64,000 nt of DNA, taken from positions 7,309 to 71,308 of the forward strand of contig CANMZT010000014.1 in assembly GCA_947502405.1 (NCBI GenBank). The letters are read 5' to 3'. Below the pieces are notes generated by a model. It did no database searches. It saw only the letters and a program-made list of their open reading frames with translations, and had not been told where the DNA came from. This DNA is from an uncultured Algibacter sp. (lineage in GTDB: Bacteria; Bacteroidota; Bacteroidia; Flavobacteriales; Flavobacteriaceae). A program made the position numbers and the translations under genes. Below, piece after piece: positions 36,366-45,653 of this stretch. Every line of letters starts with the position of its first letter. Position 1 is the first letter of the stretch.

Positions 36366-38669
36366 TTAATCAATACCATTAGCAGGGTTAATAACATCTC
36401 TAAAATAAGTATTTAAATTCATAGTAGACTCAATTGCATCGTCAATATGCTCATTCAATTCTGGAATTAAAATGTCTTCTAAAAACTCCTTAGCCTCTTC
36501 AGAAGTTTCTCCAATAAAATCATTTAGTCTCTTTTGCACATATTTATCATATGCAGGGTGATTACCATGAATTCCTTCTCCCGTTAAAGCAGTAAACTTT
36601 TTAAGAGCTCTACCATTAACTTCCGCATTCATATGAAAACCTGCATAAGCAGCTTCTTGTATGACTTCATGTTCTAATTTGTTCCAAGGAACAATATGAT
36701 GTGCTTCTTCAAGAGGTGTAGTTTTAATAATGGTTGCTAATTTGCTACGACTACCAAAATTTACAACACCATCAATTACTTTAAAAGTTAATTTTACTGT
36801 CCTATCACCAACTTTTGCAGTAATTTTCCATGCTTTAGTCCCTTTGGCAATTTTTGTTACTGGTTTTAAAACTTTACCACCAGGAACGATACTAACCAAT
36901 AACATCCCACCTGCAATCATCTTATTCTGCTCTACACCATCAAAATCTTTACCGTCAATTAAAATAATAGCATCCTCAATTGGTGTTGCATATCTTGCTA
37001 CTATTTTTGTACCTGTCCAGAAAGCATCTAGTAAAAAATCTATATCTGCATCCGGGTAATCTGTAGGCGGCAACCTATATTCATAGTATTTTTTTGTATC
37101 ATAACTGTATATGTAATGATAGCCTTCATCACTTGTCTCTTTAGAAGGCAAACTGACCGAATCTGCATTTATTTTCTTTTCACCATCTGCTACATATAAT
37201 ACCAAACCGTTTTCTAATAAATACATTTTTTCAGTACCAAAAGTACCAGGAATATCTGAGATAGCGACGTATTTAAGTGAATCTCTATCTAAGTATGTAC
37301 CTTTTTTTGTAAAATCCCATTGAGAGGTTGTATGGCTAATATCATTAACCATTTCGGCAATAATTCGCATTATGGCTTCATTTTTAAGTACTTCATTAAT
37401 CAAAGCCCCATCATAACCAATTTCATTAACTACTTTATTATTTCTGAAAAAATCTTCTAACTCTTTCTTAAGGTTATTATGAGGTTCTCCCCATTGTGGA
37501 TTTAAATAATCTTTTTGCTCATCTGTAAGACTTTCAAAAAAGGCATCAATAGCGAGGTCTAATGGAGAAGGAGCTAAAACACCTACTACATCACCTTGAT
37601 TTGTATTATTATCTGTATTGGAATCATTTGAAGGCGAACCACCTCCACCAGAGTCACTATGAAGTGGGTCGACATTAGGCCATGTATTAGTTGAGTTTCC
37701 CCAAGGGTCTGATGAATCTGTGTCGGTTGGAGAATTGCCATTTGATGGCAAGCTCCCATCTTGACAATCTACTGATGTTACTTGATATGTATTAAGAGGG
37801 TTCCCATCTAAATCAAATAGTGCTCTAGATAAAAAACATTGATCTCCTCCAGATATTCGTCCATGATTAATCCAATTTCCAAACCTAAATTCAGTTCCAT
37901 AAGATATACTAGCTCCTGATAAAGCAAAACCTGTCAAAGCTCCGCTTCCTGCTACATGTATTGCACCATCTCCACCATAAGCTCTATCTCTACAGTCAGA
38001 GGTATCTATTATTAAATCGCCATTTTCAATAGTAACTCTTACCCAACAGCGATTTGCATCATCATACCTCATAACACTGGGTAGATAATCATCAAAATCA
38101 CCTATATTAATTTGATCACTATTTACTTCTTCTCTTGAAAAGTTAAGAGCAGTAATCTCAGAACCAATACTTTCGTATCTATAAATATAATAAGCTATAC
38201 TTTCATCACTGTTTTTGTGTATTACAAAGTTTTCAAAATCTGATTCTGGTTTGGTTGGGGTTTCTATACGAAACGTATAAACATCTGTGGAGTCTGTACT
38301 TACTTGTAATATCTCATCGGTTAAAATAGTAAACGTATTGTCCTTATTTTTTATAGGGTCATTAGTAGCTATTGCTGATGTAGATGCATTTGTTTGATAC
38401 TTGGTTTTAGACGATTTTGTGCTGTTTAATTTATTATAATCTAATTGTTGCTCAATATTATCTATAGCTTGTTTTACTAAATTACTTTGTTTTACTTCGT
38501 TTAAGGTTACTTTTTTAACGGTATAGCCTTTCTCTTGGGGTTGAGAAATACTAGTTTCTTGATTGGGACTATCGTCTTTCTCACAACTAAAAGACAATAA
38601 TGTAATTAGTAATAAAACACAAAAGTGTTTGAGGCTTGAGGGCATTGTAAAATGATTTTTCATAAACAT
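36366..38669 (-). CDS. Lipoprotein with a C-terminal AHH (HNH/EndoVII-fold) nuclease domain, putative polymorphic toxin
   Basis: Lipobox LSFSC; Gly/Ser/Asp/Asn linker; pretoxin-like VSIVPGGKVLK; EAHHIVP...FHMN...NG..L...HGNHPAY. Confidence 0.82.
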   Translation of the reverse strand: MFMKNHFTMPSSLKHFCVLLLITLLSFSCEKDDSPNQETSISQPQEKGYTVKKVTLNEVKQSNLVKQAIDNIEQQLDYNKLNSTKSSKTKYQTNASTSAIATNDPIKNKDNTFTILTDEILQVSTDSTDVYTFRIETPTKPESDFENFVIHKNSDESIAYYIYRYESIGSEITALNFSREEVNSDQINIGDFDDYLPSVMRYDDANRCWVRVTIENGDLIIDTSDCRDRAYGGDGAIHVAGSGALTGFALSGASISYGTEFRFGNWINHGRISGGDQCFLSRALFDLDGNPLNTYQVTSVDCQDGSLPSNGNSPTDTDSSDPWGNSTNTWPNVDPLHSDSGGGGSPSNDSNTDNNTNQGDVVGVLAPSPLDLAIDAFFESLTDEQKDYLNPQWGEPHNNLKKELEDFFRNNKVVNEIGYDGALINEVLKNEAIMRIIAEMVNDISHTTSQWDFTKKGTYLDRDSLKYVAISDIPGTFGTEKMYLLENGLVLYVADGEKKINADSVSLPSKETSDEGYHYIYSYDTKKYYEYRLPPTDYPDADIDFLLDAFWTGTKIVARYATPIEDAIILIDGKDFDGVEQNKMIAGGMLLVSIVPGGKVLKPVTKIAKGTKAWKITAKVGDRTVKLTFKVIDGVVNFGSRSKLATIIKTTPLEEAHHIVPWNKLEHEVIQEAAYAGFHMNAEVNGRALKKFTALTGEGIHGNHPAYDKYVQKRLNDFIGETSEEAKEFLEDILIPELNEHIDDAIESTMNLNTYFRDVINPANGID

Positions 38670-38954
38670 ATATAATTAAGAATAATAAATTAATGTTAAA
38701 TCCTATTAAACATTTTAGAGAGAAAGCTCTATTTAAATGCGATAAACCTAACAATATTTATCATAAATTCCTACATAAAATGAGTAAAAATCTTATTTTT
38801 TAAAATTTATGGTATATAAAACCTTCATAATAATATATATAGTTATCTCGTAATGATTGAAAAGAGACTTAAAACAAGTCAGCATATAAGTTAAAAGAGT
38901 TGTTTTATACAATTTCAGAGAGACATTTATAAAAATCATCTCTTTGCAATAAAT

Positions 38955-39992
38955 TTAAGGCGCAGGATTGGGAATAGTATGATGCACATCGTTTATTTGA
39001 GACAATACTTCATTGCTTAAAATAACATCAATACTATCAATATTCTCTTTTAGCTGTTCTAATGTTGTAGCTCCAATAATATTACTTGTTACAAAAGGAC
39101 GCTGGTTTACAAAAGCTAAACTCATTTGTGCTAAAGTCATACCATTATCTTCTGCAATCTTCAAATAGCGTTTAGCAGCTTCTGTAGCTTGTTCTCCGCT
39201 ATATCTTGCAAATCTTGGGAATAATTTAAGTCTTGCATTATCTGCCGCATTACCTTTTATATACTTTCCTGAAAGCACTCCAAATGCCATTGGCGAATAG
39301 GCTAATAGCCCAATATTTTCTCTGTGCGATACTTCGGCTAAATCGCCTTCAAATGTTCTACATAACAAAGAATAGGCATTTTGTATGGTTATTGGCCGTG
39401 GTAAATTGTTGGTTTTACTTTCTTGTAAATAACGCATAGTACCCCAAGCCTTTTCGTTAGACAAACCAATATGTCTTATCTTACCTGCTTTAATTTGAGA
39501 TTGTAGTGTTACTAAAACCTCTTTAAAATTATCTTCCCATTTATCATTTTCATTAGGTTTATAATCTCTAGTGCCAAAGGTATTAGTTTCTCGTTCTGGC
39601 CAGTGTAATTGATATAAATCTATATAATCTGTTTGAAGCCTTTTTAACTCTAAGTCTATAGCTTCTTTAATCGATGCAGGACTAAAGCCCGTAGTGCGTA
39701 TATGCGCTGTATAATCGCCATTACCAGCAATTTTTGAGGCAATAATTACTTGGTCTCTTTTACCTGTTTTTTTTAGCCATGTGCCAATAATTTCACTAGT
39801 TTTTCCTTGAGTATCTGGGCTTGCTGGCACTGGATACAATTCGGCAGTATCAATAAAATTTACGCCTTTTTCAAATGCATAGTCTAGTTGCTGATGGCCT
39901 TCTGCCTCGGTGTTTTGATTTCCCCAAGTCATCGAGCCTAAACATATTTTACTAACTTTTATATTGGTATTTGGAAGTGTTGTGTATTTCAT
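38955..39992 (-). CDS. Aldo/keto reductase (Tas-like)
   Basis: ICLGSMTWG.QN, NFIDTAELYP, DLYQLHWP, GLSNE, AYSPMAFG.LSGKY. Confidence 0.93.
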   Translation of the reverse strand: MKYTTLPNTNIKVSKICLGSMTWGNQNTEAEGHQQLDYAFEKGVNFIDTAELYPVPASPDTQGKTSEIIGTWLKKTGKRDQVIIASKIAGNGDYTAHIRTTGFSPASIKEAIDLELKRLQTDYIDLYQLHWPERETNTFGTRDYKPNENDKWEDNFKEVLVTLQSQIKAGKIRHIGLSNEKAWGTMRYLQESKTNNLPRPITIQNAYSLLCRTFEGDLAEVSHRENIGLLAYSPMAFGVLSGKYIKGNAADNARLKLFPRFARYSGEQATEAAKRYLKIAEDNGMTLAQMSLAFVNQRPFVTSNIIGATTLEQLKENIDSIDVILSNEVLSQINDVHHTIPNPAP

Positions 39993-40002
39993 ATTTTTCT
40001 TT

Positions 40003-40081
40003 TGTCATTCCCGTGAAGACGGGAATATTTTTAATGGAACTTACACCTTAATTGTGGATTCCTGCCTGCGCAGAAATGACA
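40003..40081. repeat. Inverted pair of TGTC-tagged REP-like palindromes
   Basis: TGTCATTCCCGTGAAGACGGGAAT (40003-40026) ... GGATTCCTGCCTGCGCAGAAATGACA (40056-40081). Confidence 0.8.
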
Positions 40082-40114
40082 AATTGGTTATATTTTTTTG
40101 ACGAATCGTAAAGA

Positions 40115-40157
40115 TAAAAAACCTTTAAAAGTTAATAAGACTTTTAAAGGTTTTTTA
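40115..40157. terminator. Strong hairpin terminator downstream of the OmpA/MotB gene
   Basis: TAAAAAACCTTTAAAAGT-TAATAAG-ACTTTTAAAGGTTTTTTA. Confidence 0.8.
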
Positions 40158-40158
40158 T

Positions 40159-40248
40159 GCGTTAGGGATTGAGGCATTTGTTGAAGCTCCCCGATCCCTA
40201 TCCGGAGAGGGAGCGACTGCCGAAAGCGCGACCCTTGTGGTAACGCCC
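40159..40248 (+). repeat. Structured repeat, copy E (orientation opposite to A-D)
   Basis: GCGTTAGGGATTGAGGCATTTGTTGAAGCTCCCCGATCCCTATCCGGAGAGGGAGCGACTGCCGAAAGCGCGACCCTTGTGGTAACGCCC. Confidence 0.8.
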
Positions 40249-40256
40249 TACTTATT

Positions 40257-41228
40257 TTACTCGCTTAACAGTTTAGAAAGCTCATCTAATTTTGGCGTTA
40301 AAATAACTTCTATACGTCTGTTTTTGGCTTTTCCTTCTTTAGTACTATTTGTTGCAACTGGAGCAAATTCACCTCGACCTGCTGCGGTTAAGTTTTCTGG
40401 GTTTATATCATTGTTTTCTCGTAAAATATTCACGATTGCTGTTGCACGTTTGGTGGATAAATCCCAGTTACTGGTTAAAGTCCCGTTGCCTTTGTATGGC
40501 ACGTTATCTGTGTGACCTTCGATTAGCACTGCAATGTCTGGATTATCTCCAAGCACATTACCAAGTTGTTTAACGGCTCTTTGTCCTTCGCTACCTACGG
40601 CCCAACTTCCTGAACTAAAAAGGAGTTTGTTTTCCATAGATACATACACTTTTCCGTCGCGTTGCTCTACGGTTAGACCTTTGCCCTCAAAATCAGTTAA
40701 CGCTCTTGATATGGCATTTTTAAGCGCTGTCATTGCTGCATCTTTAGAAGCTATTACCTGTTCCAATTCTGCCACACGGTTGGAGCGATCTTCCAACGCT
40801 TTTTTTAGTTTTTCTAATCTTGCATTTTCAGCAGCTAAGGCTTGTTCTTTAGCTTCTAATTGTGCTAAAAGCTCTCTGTTTTTCTTTGAATTGGCAGCTA
40901 TGGCAGCTGAACTATTCTTCTCTAAAGCATCATAAGAGGCTTTTAAATTGTCTAAATTAGATTTTGCAGCGTTATAATCGGCTTGTAACTTATCACGTTG
41001 TGATACAGCTTCATCATAGGCAGATTGCAATTGCTTTAATTCGTTTTCTGCTGCTGTTTTAGCACTTAAAAGCGCTTCATTATCTGAAGTCAGTTTTTTA
41101 TTCTCTTGTTTTAAATCGGCATATTTTGCTTCTAAGTCTTTATAGACTTTTGGTGATACACAAGATGCTAAAAGGGATAAAGTTAATACTGAAAATACGA
41201 TTTTTTTAATCATGTTGTTTGGGTTCAT
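40257..41228 (-). CDS. OmpA/MotB C-terminal domain lipoprotein with a long coiled coil
   Basis: Lipobox LASC, heptad repeats, IEGHTD, NWDLSTKRA, NRRIEVIL. Confidence 0.9.
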   Translation of the reverse strand: MNPNNMIKKIVFSVLTLSLLASCVSPKVYKDLEAKYADLKQENKKLTSDNEALLSAKTAAENELKQLQSAYDEAVSQRDKLQADYNAAKSNLDNLKASYDALEKNSSAAIAANSKKNRELLAQLEAKEQALAAENARLEKLKKALEDRSNRVAELEQVIASKDAAMTALKNAISRALTDFEGKGLTVEQRDGKVYVSMENKLLFSSGSWAVGSEGQRAVKQLGNVLGDNPDIAVLIEGHTDNVPYKGNGTLTSNWDLSTKRATAIVNILRENNDINPENLTAAGRGEFAPVATNSTKEGKAKNRRIEVILTPKLDELSKLLSE

Positions 41229-41244
41229 TGTTGTTTATTATCTC

Positions 41245-42006
41245 TTATTTATCTATTTCTACCAGAATAGGACAATGGTCGCTATGAACGGCTTCGGATA
41301 GTATAACGGCTCTTTTTATGTTTTCTTGTAAGGGTTGCGAAACCATAGCATAATCTAATCGCCAACCTTTGTTATTAGCACGTGCATTAGCTCTGTAACT
41401 CCACCAGCTATATTGTTGTAATTCTGGGTTAATAAACCTGAATGAATCAATAAAACCACTATTAATAAAATTTCCTATCCACTCGCGCTCTACGGGCAAA
41501 AAACCTGAGACACCTTTCATTTTTGGATTATGAATATCAATTTCTTCATGGCAAATATTATAATCGCCACAAATAATGAGGTTTGGAATGTCTTTTTTAA
41601 GTGTATTAATATAATCCTGAAACATATCCATATACTCCAACTTATGGTTTAATCTGGCGTCGTTAGTTCCTGATGGTAAATACAAACTCATTACTGAAAA
41701 ACCGCCAAAATCTGCACGAATGTTTCGTCCCTCAAAATCCATCGATTCAATGCCTGTGCCATATTCAATATGATTGGGCTCAGTTTTACTTAATATAGCC
41801 ACACCGCTGTAACCCTTTTTTTGCGCACTAAACCAATAGTTGTATTTGTAACCAGCTTCTTCAAAAAGACTTAAATCTAATTGCTCTTTCATGGCTTTAA
41901 TCTCTTGCAAACAAACCACATCTGGGTCTGCTGCTTTTAACCAATCTATAAAGCCTTTATTAATGGCTGCTCTGATACCGTTTACATTATAGGATATAAT
42001 CTTCAT
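41245..42006 (-). CDS. xth: Exodeoxyribonuclease III (AP endonuclease)
   Basis: ISYNVNGIRA, CLQEIK, GYSGVAI, CGDYNI.H, YSWWSYR, GWRLDY, SDHCP. Confidence 0.97.
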   Translation of the reverse strand: MKIISYNVNGIRAAINKGFIDWLKAADPDVVCLQEIKAMKEQLDLSLFEEAGYKYNYWFSAQKKGYSGVAILSKTEPNHIEYGTGIESMDFEGRNIRADFGGFSVMSLYLPSGTNDARLNHKLEYMDMFQDYINTLKKDIPNLIICGDYNICHEEIDIHNPKMKGVSGFLPVEREWIGNFINSGFIDSFRFINPELQQYSWWSYRANARANNKGWRLDYAMVSQPLQENIKRAVILSEAVHSDHCPILVEIDK

Positions 42007-42230
42007 TATGATTAAATAAGTATATCAGCTAAATTAAATAATGCATTACTTTTACACCATAAAAAATAGCAGGAATTTTAACGAAGCTATTAACATTTAG
42101 GTTCAATTCCTGAGATCCCGATAAAAAAAGTCGGAATTAGTTCGACCATCTATTTTAATTGCGTCTGAAAGGCTTTTTTAAAACAGGGTCTCACTAAAAT
42201 ATTTTAAACGTTTTGTAGTTTAAGTATCTG

Positions 42231-45200
42231 ATGAAGTTTTTCACATGCATTCTTATGGTTTTAATTGGTTTTTGCGGGTTTTCGCAGAACCAAACTTCGA
42301 ACTATAAAACTAAAAAAGTTGCTGTAAATGATACCATTCAAATTGATAGCGTTAGTATAAATTCCAATGCGTTTTCTATTAGAAAAAAAGACAACACTCT
42401 TGTAGATTCAACTTTCTATAAGGTTGATTTTGCTAAAGCTATTTTAACGTTTAAAAAACCCATAGAAACAGATTCTATCATTATTAACTACCTCAAGTTT
42501 CCAGACTTTCTTACAAAAACTTATCAGCAATTAGATGAAAATATAATAGTTGAGAATAACTCCAATAACCAAACGCTCTACAAATTATCTCAACCTAATA
42601 CAGATAGAAATTTTATTCCTTTTGATGGGTTAACTACATCTGGAAGTATTTCTCGTGGGGTTACGGTTGGTAATAATCAGAATTCTGTTTTAAATAGCGA
42701 ACTTGACCTTCAAATTACAGGAAAACTAAATGATAAAGTATCATTACGCGCCTCAATTCAAGATGCCAACATTCCTTTACAAGAAAGCGGCTATAGTCAA
42801 CGTTTAGATGAGTTTGACCAAGTTTTTATTGAACTATTTAGTGAACGGTGGAATGTGCGTGCTGGTGATATTGATTTAGTAAATACAAACTCTTATTTTG
42901 CAAATTTCTCTAAGCGTGTCCAAGGTTTAAATTTTAATTTAAAATTGGGCGACGATGAGAATCGCACTAATTTATTCGCTGCTGGTGCTATTGTTAGAGG
43001 ACAATTTACAACTAGCCAATTTATTGCTCAAGAAGGGAACCAAGGTCCTTATAAATTGCAGGGTCCAAATGGCGAATTGTTTGTACTTATTGTTTCTGGT
43101 AGCGAAACTGTTTATGTGAATGGGATTCCTGTAAAACGTGGTGAAGACCAAGATTATATTATTGATTATAATGCTGGAGAAATTATATTTAACTCCACAT
43201 TTCCCATTACTTCCGAAATGCGAATTACGGTTGATTATCAATTTAGCGATAGAAATTACTCCAGATTTGTAGCTTATGGCGGAGGTAATTATGAAAGCGA
43301 AAAACTAAAAATAGGCATTTCTGTTTATTCTGAAAATGATTCTAAAAATCAACCTTTGCAACAGAATCTATCTGATGAACAAGTTGAAATTCTTGCCAAT
43401 GCCGGTGATGATCGTTCTCAAATGGTTGCTCCTTCTGCTGTTCAAGAAGAATTAAATGAAAACAGAATCCTTTATAAAAAAGAACTAATCAGTGGTGTTG
43501 AAGCTTTTGTGTTTTCTAACAATCCTGATGATGAACTCTTTAGAGTTACGTTTACACTTGTTGGCGATAACCAAGGTGATTACGCTTTAAGTAACATTAA
43601 TGCCATCAATAATATATATGAATTTGTTGGGATGAATCAAGGCAATTATGCTCCAGTAGTGCAACTTGTAGCGCCTACAAGACTTCAAATTGCTGTTATA
43701 AACGGGAGCTATAAACCTTCAGAGAAAACCAATATTAGTTTTGAAGCCTCGGGTAGTAAAAACGATTTAAATCTGTTTTCAACTGCTGATGACGATAATA
43801 ACGATGGGTTTGCTGGAAAAATAAATATCAACCAAACATTGGTTAAACGAGATAGCCTTTGGAACTTAGGCGCTTATTTAGATAGTGATTATATAAATAC
43901 AGACTACAGAAATATTGAAGGTTTATACAATCCAGAATTTAATAGAGATTGGAATTTAGACCCAACCAACATTAATGGTATTGGACTTAATTTAGGAAAC
44001 CAATGGTTGGTTAATTCTGGTTTCAAATTATTTCATCCTAAAAAAGGAACTGTAAATTACCAATATGAGCATTTAAATTTTTCTGATGGGTTTAATGGAA
44101 ACCGACATATAGCCAATGCAAATCTTCTTTTAAAAAATTGGAATATTTTATCGTCTTCAAGTTTTTTAAATGCTGACTCTAATATAAATACCTCAACGTT
44201 TTTAAGGTCTTACAACCGGATTACTTATGCCATGAAGAAAAGTTGGGCAGGAACAAAAATAGCTATTGAAGATAATGAACAACGCAATACAGTTACTCAA
44301 GAACTCACACCTCTAAGTCAACGTTTTAAATCTTATGAGGTTTTTGTGGGTGTTGGAGATAGCACTAAAATCTTCACAGAAATAGGTTATAAGTATCGCA
44401 TAAATGATAGTATTAGAAATAATGAATTACAAAAAGTAAACACTTCAAATACATTTTATCTTGATTCAAGAATCGTTCAAAACAAAAACACCAACCTCTC
44501 TTTATATGCTAATTACAGAACTTTAAAAAACACAGATGAAACTATTGAAGATGAAAATTCTATAAACTCTAGGTTGCAGTTTAATCAGAAACTATTTAAT
44601 CAAATCATACAATGGAATACCATTTTTGAAACCAATTCTGGTAGATTACCACAGCAAGATTTTACTTATGTTGAAGTTGAAGCTGGACAAGGCACCTATA
44701 CTTGGAATGATTATAATGAAAATGGGATACAAGAACTTGAAGAATTTGAAATTGCGCAATTTCAAGATGAAGGACGATTTATCCGTGTACTTCTTCCAAA
44801 TCGCGTTTTTATAAAAACACATCAAAATAGATTGAGTCAGACAATTACTTTAAACCCTGCACAATGGTCGGTTTCAGATACAAAATCAAAAAAATTCTGG
44901 TCTCATTTTTACAACCAAACCAGTTATTTAATTGATAGAAAAATAAACCGCGAAGGGAGCAAATTTAATTTAAACCCCTTTAATAATAATGAAGAAGATC
45001 AATTAGGTTTACAACTTAACTTTAGAAATGTATTGTTTTTTAATAGAGGAAAACAAAAATATACCACATCTTACACATTTTTAGATAACACCACAAGAAA
45101 TGTATTGTCTGTTGGGTTTATAGAAAATAGTTTAAAAAGTCATCAACTAAATTTTAATCATAAAATAGCTGATAATTGGTTGATTAACATGCTTTCTGCT

Positions 45201-45653
45201 TTTGACAATAATGAAAGTATTAGTGAGAATTTTGCTAGCAAAAATTTTAATTTTGATGAAGCAAGATTTAACCCAAAACTATCTTACCTCTTTAATGATA
45301 ATTCAAGCTTTGATGTGTTTTATCAGTATGCCAGTAAAAATAATACAGTTGGTGACATGGAGACACTAAAACAACAAAATTATGGTATATCCTTTACTCT
45401 TGGCGGTAGCCAAAACAGTGCTATAAATGGTGAGTTTAATTACTTTTCAAATGATTACACAGGAAATCCTAATACACCTGTAGCATATCAAATTTTAGAA
45501 GGTCTTCAACCTGGAAAAAACTTTACATGGACACTTTTAGCTCAAAAAAAACTAACTAAATTTTTAGATTTAAATTTGAGTTATTTTGGAAGAAAATCAG
45601 AAAGTAGTAGAACTATTCATTCTGGCTCTATTCAACTAAAAGCTTATTTTTAA
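42231..45653 (+). CDS. Large (1140 aa) exported hypothetical protein, probable giant outer-membrane beta-barrel
   Basis: Signal peptide; amphipathic strand repeats; C-terminal QLKAYF; GSETVYVNG...DYIIDYNAGEI.F motif. Confidence 0.75.
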   Translation: MKFFTCILMVLIGFCGFSQNQTSNYKTKKVAVNDTIQIDSVSINSNAFSIRKKDNTLVDSTFYKVDFAKAILTFKKPIETDSIIINYLKFPDFLTKTYQQLDENIIVENNSNNQTLYKLSQPNTDRNFIPFDGLTTSGSISRGVTVGNNQNSVLNSELDLQITGKLNDKVSLRASIQDANIPLQESGYSQRLDEFDQVFIELFSERWNVRAGDIDLVNTNSYFANFSKRVQGLNFNLKLGDDENRTNLFAAGAIVRGQFTTSQFIAQEGNQGPYKLQGPNGELFVLIVSGSETVYVNGIPVKRGEDQDYIIDYNAGEIIFNSTFPITSEMRITVDYQFSDRNYSRFVAYGGGNYESEKLKIGISVYSENDSKNQPLQQNLSDEQVEILANAGDDRSQMVAPSAVQEELNENRILYKKELISGVEAFVFSNNPDDELFRVTFTLVGDNQGDYALSNINAINNIYEFVGMNQGNYAPVVQLVAPTRLQIAVINGSYKPSEKTNISFEASGSKNDLNLFSTADDDNNDGFAGKININQTLVKRDSLWNLGAYLDSDYINTDYRNIEGLYNPEFNRDWNLDPTNINGIGLNLGNQWLVNSGFKLFHPKKGTVNYQYEHLNFSDGFNGNRHIANANLLLKNWNILSSSSFLNADSNINTSTFLRSYNRITYAMKKSWAGTKIAIEDNEQRNTVTQELTPLSQRFKSYEVFVGVGDSTKIFTEIGYKYRINDSIRNNELQKVNTSNTFYLDSRIVQNKNTNLSLYANYRTLKNTDETIEDENSINSRLQFNQKLFNQIIQWNTIFETNSGRLPQQDFTYVEVEAGQGTYTWNDYNENGIQELEEFEIAQFQDEGRFIRVLLPNRVFIKTHQNRLSQTITLNPAQWSVSDTKSKKFWSHFYNQTSYLIDRKINREGSKFNLNPFNNNEEDQLGLQLNFRNVLFFNRGKQKYTTSYTFLDNTTRNVLSVGFIENSLKSHQLNFNHKIADNWLINMLSAFDNNESISENFASKNFNFDEARFNPKLSYLFNDNSSFDVFYQYASKNNTVGDMETLKQQNYGISFTLGGSQNSAINGEFNYFSNDYTGNPNTPVAYQILEGLQPGKNFTWTLLAQKKLTKFLDLNLSYFGRKSESSRTIHSGSIQLKAYF

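Noticed and set aside
36730-37059. 109-aa plus-strand ORF inside the toxin gene, considered as an antisense antitoxin
   Set aside because: Typical antisense shadow; an immunity candidate already lies downstream
18757-40248. Dispersed palindromic repeats as a CRISPR array or integron attC sites
   Set aside because: They are not regularly spaced with unique spacers, no cas or intI gene is present, and they lack attC RYYYAAC/GTTRRRY ends
40534-40935. 133-aa plus-strand ORF, and similar antisense ORFs at 19412, 25108, 47031, 57063 and 62309
   Set aside because: Antisense shadows of well-supported genes
40257-41228. Flagellar motor protein MotB
   Set aside because: Has a lipobox instead of the Asp-containing TM helix, and there is no motA or flagellar context
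2974-42006. tag, mutY, xth and ssb as a DNA repair island
   Set aside because: Scattered over 39 kb among unrelated housekeeping genes, with no clustering
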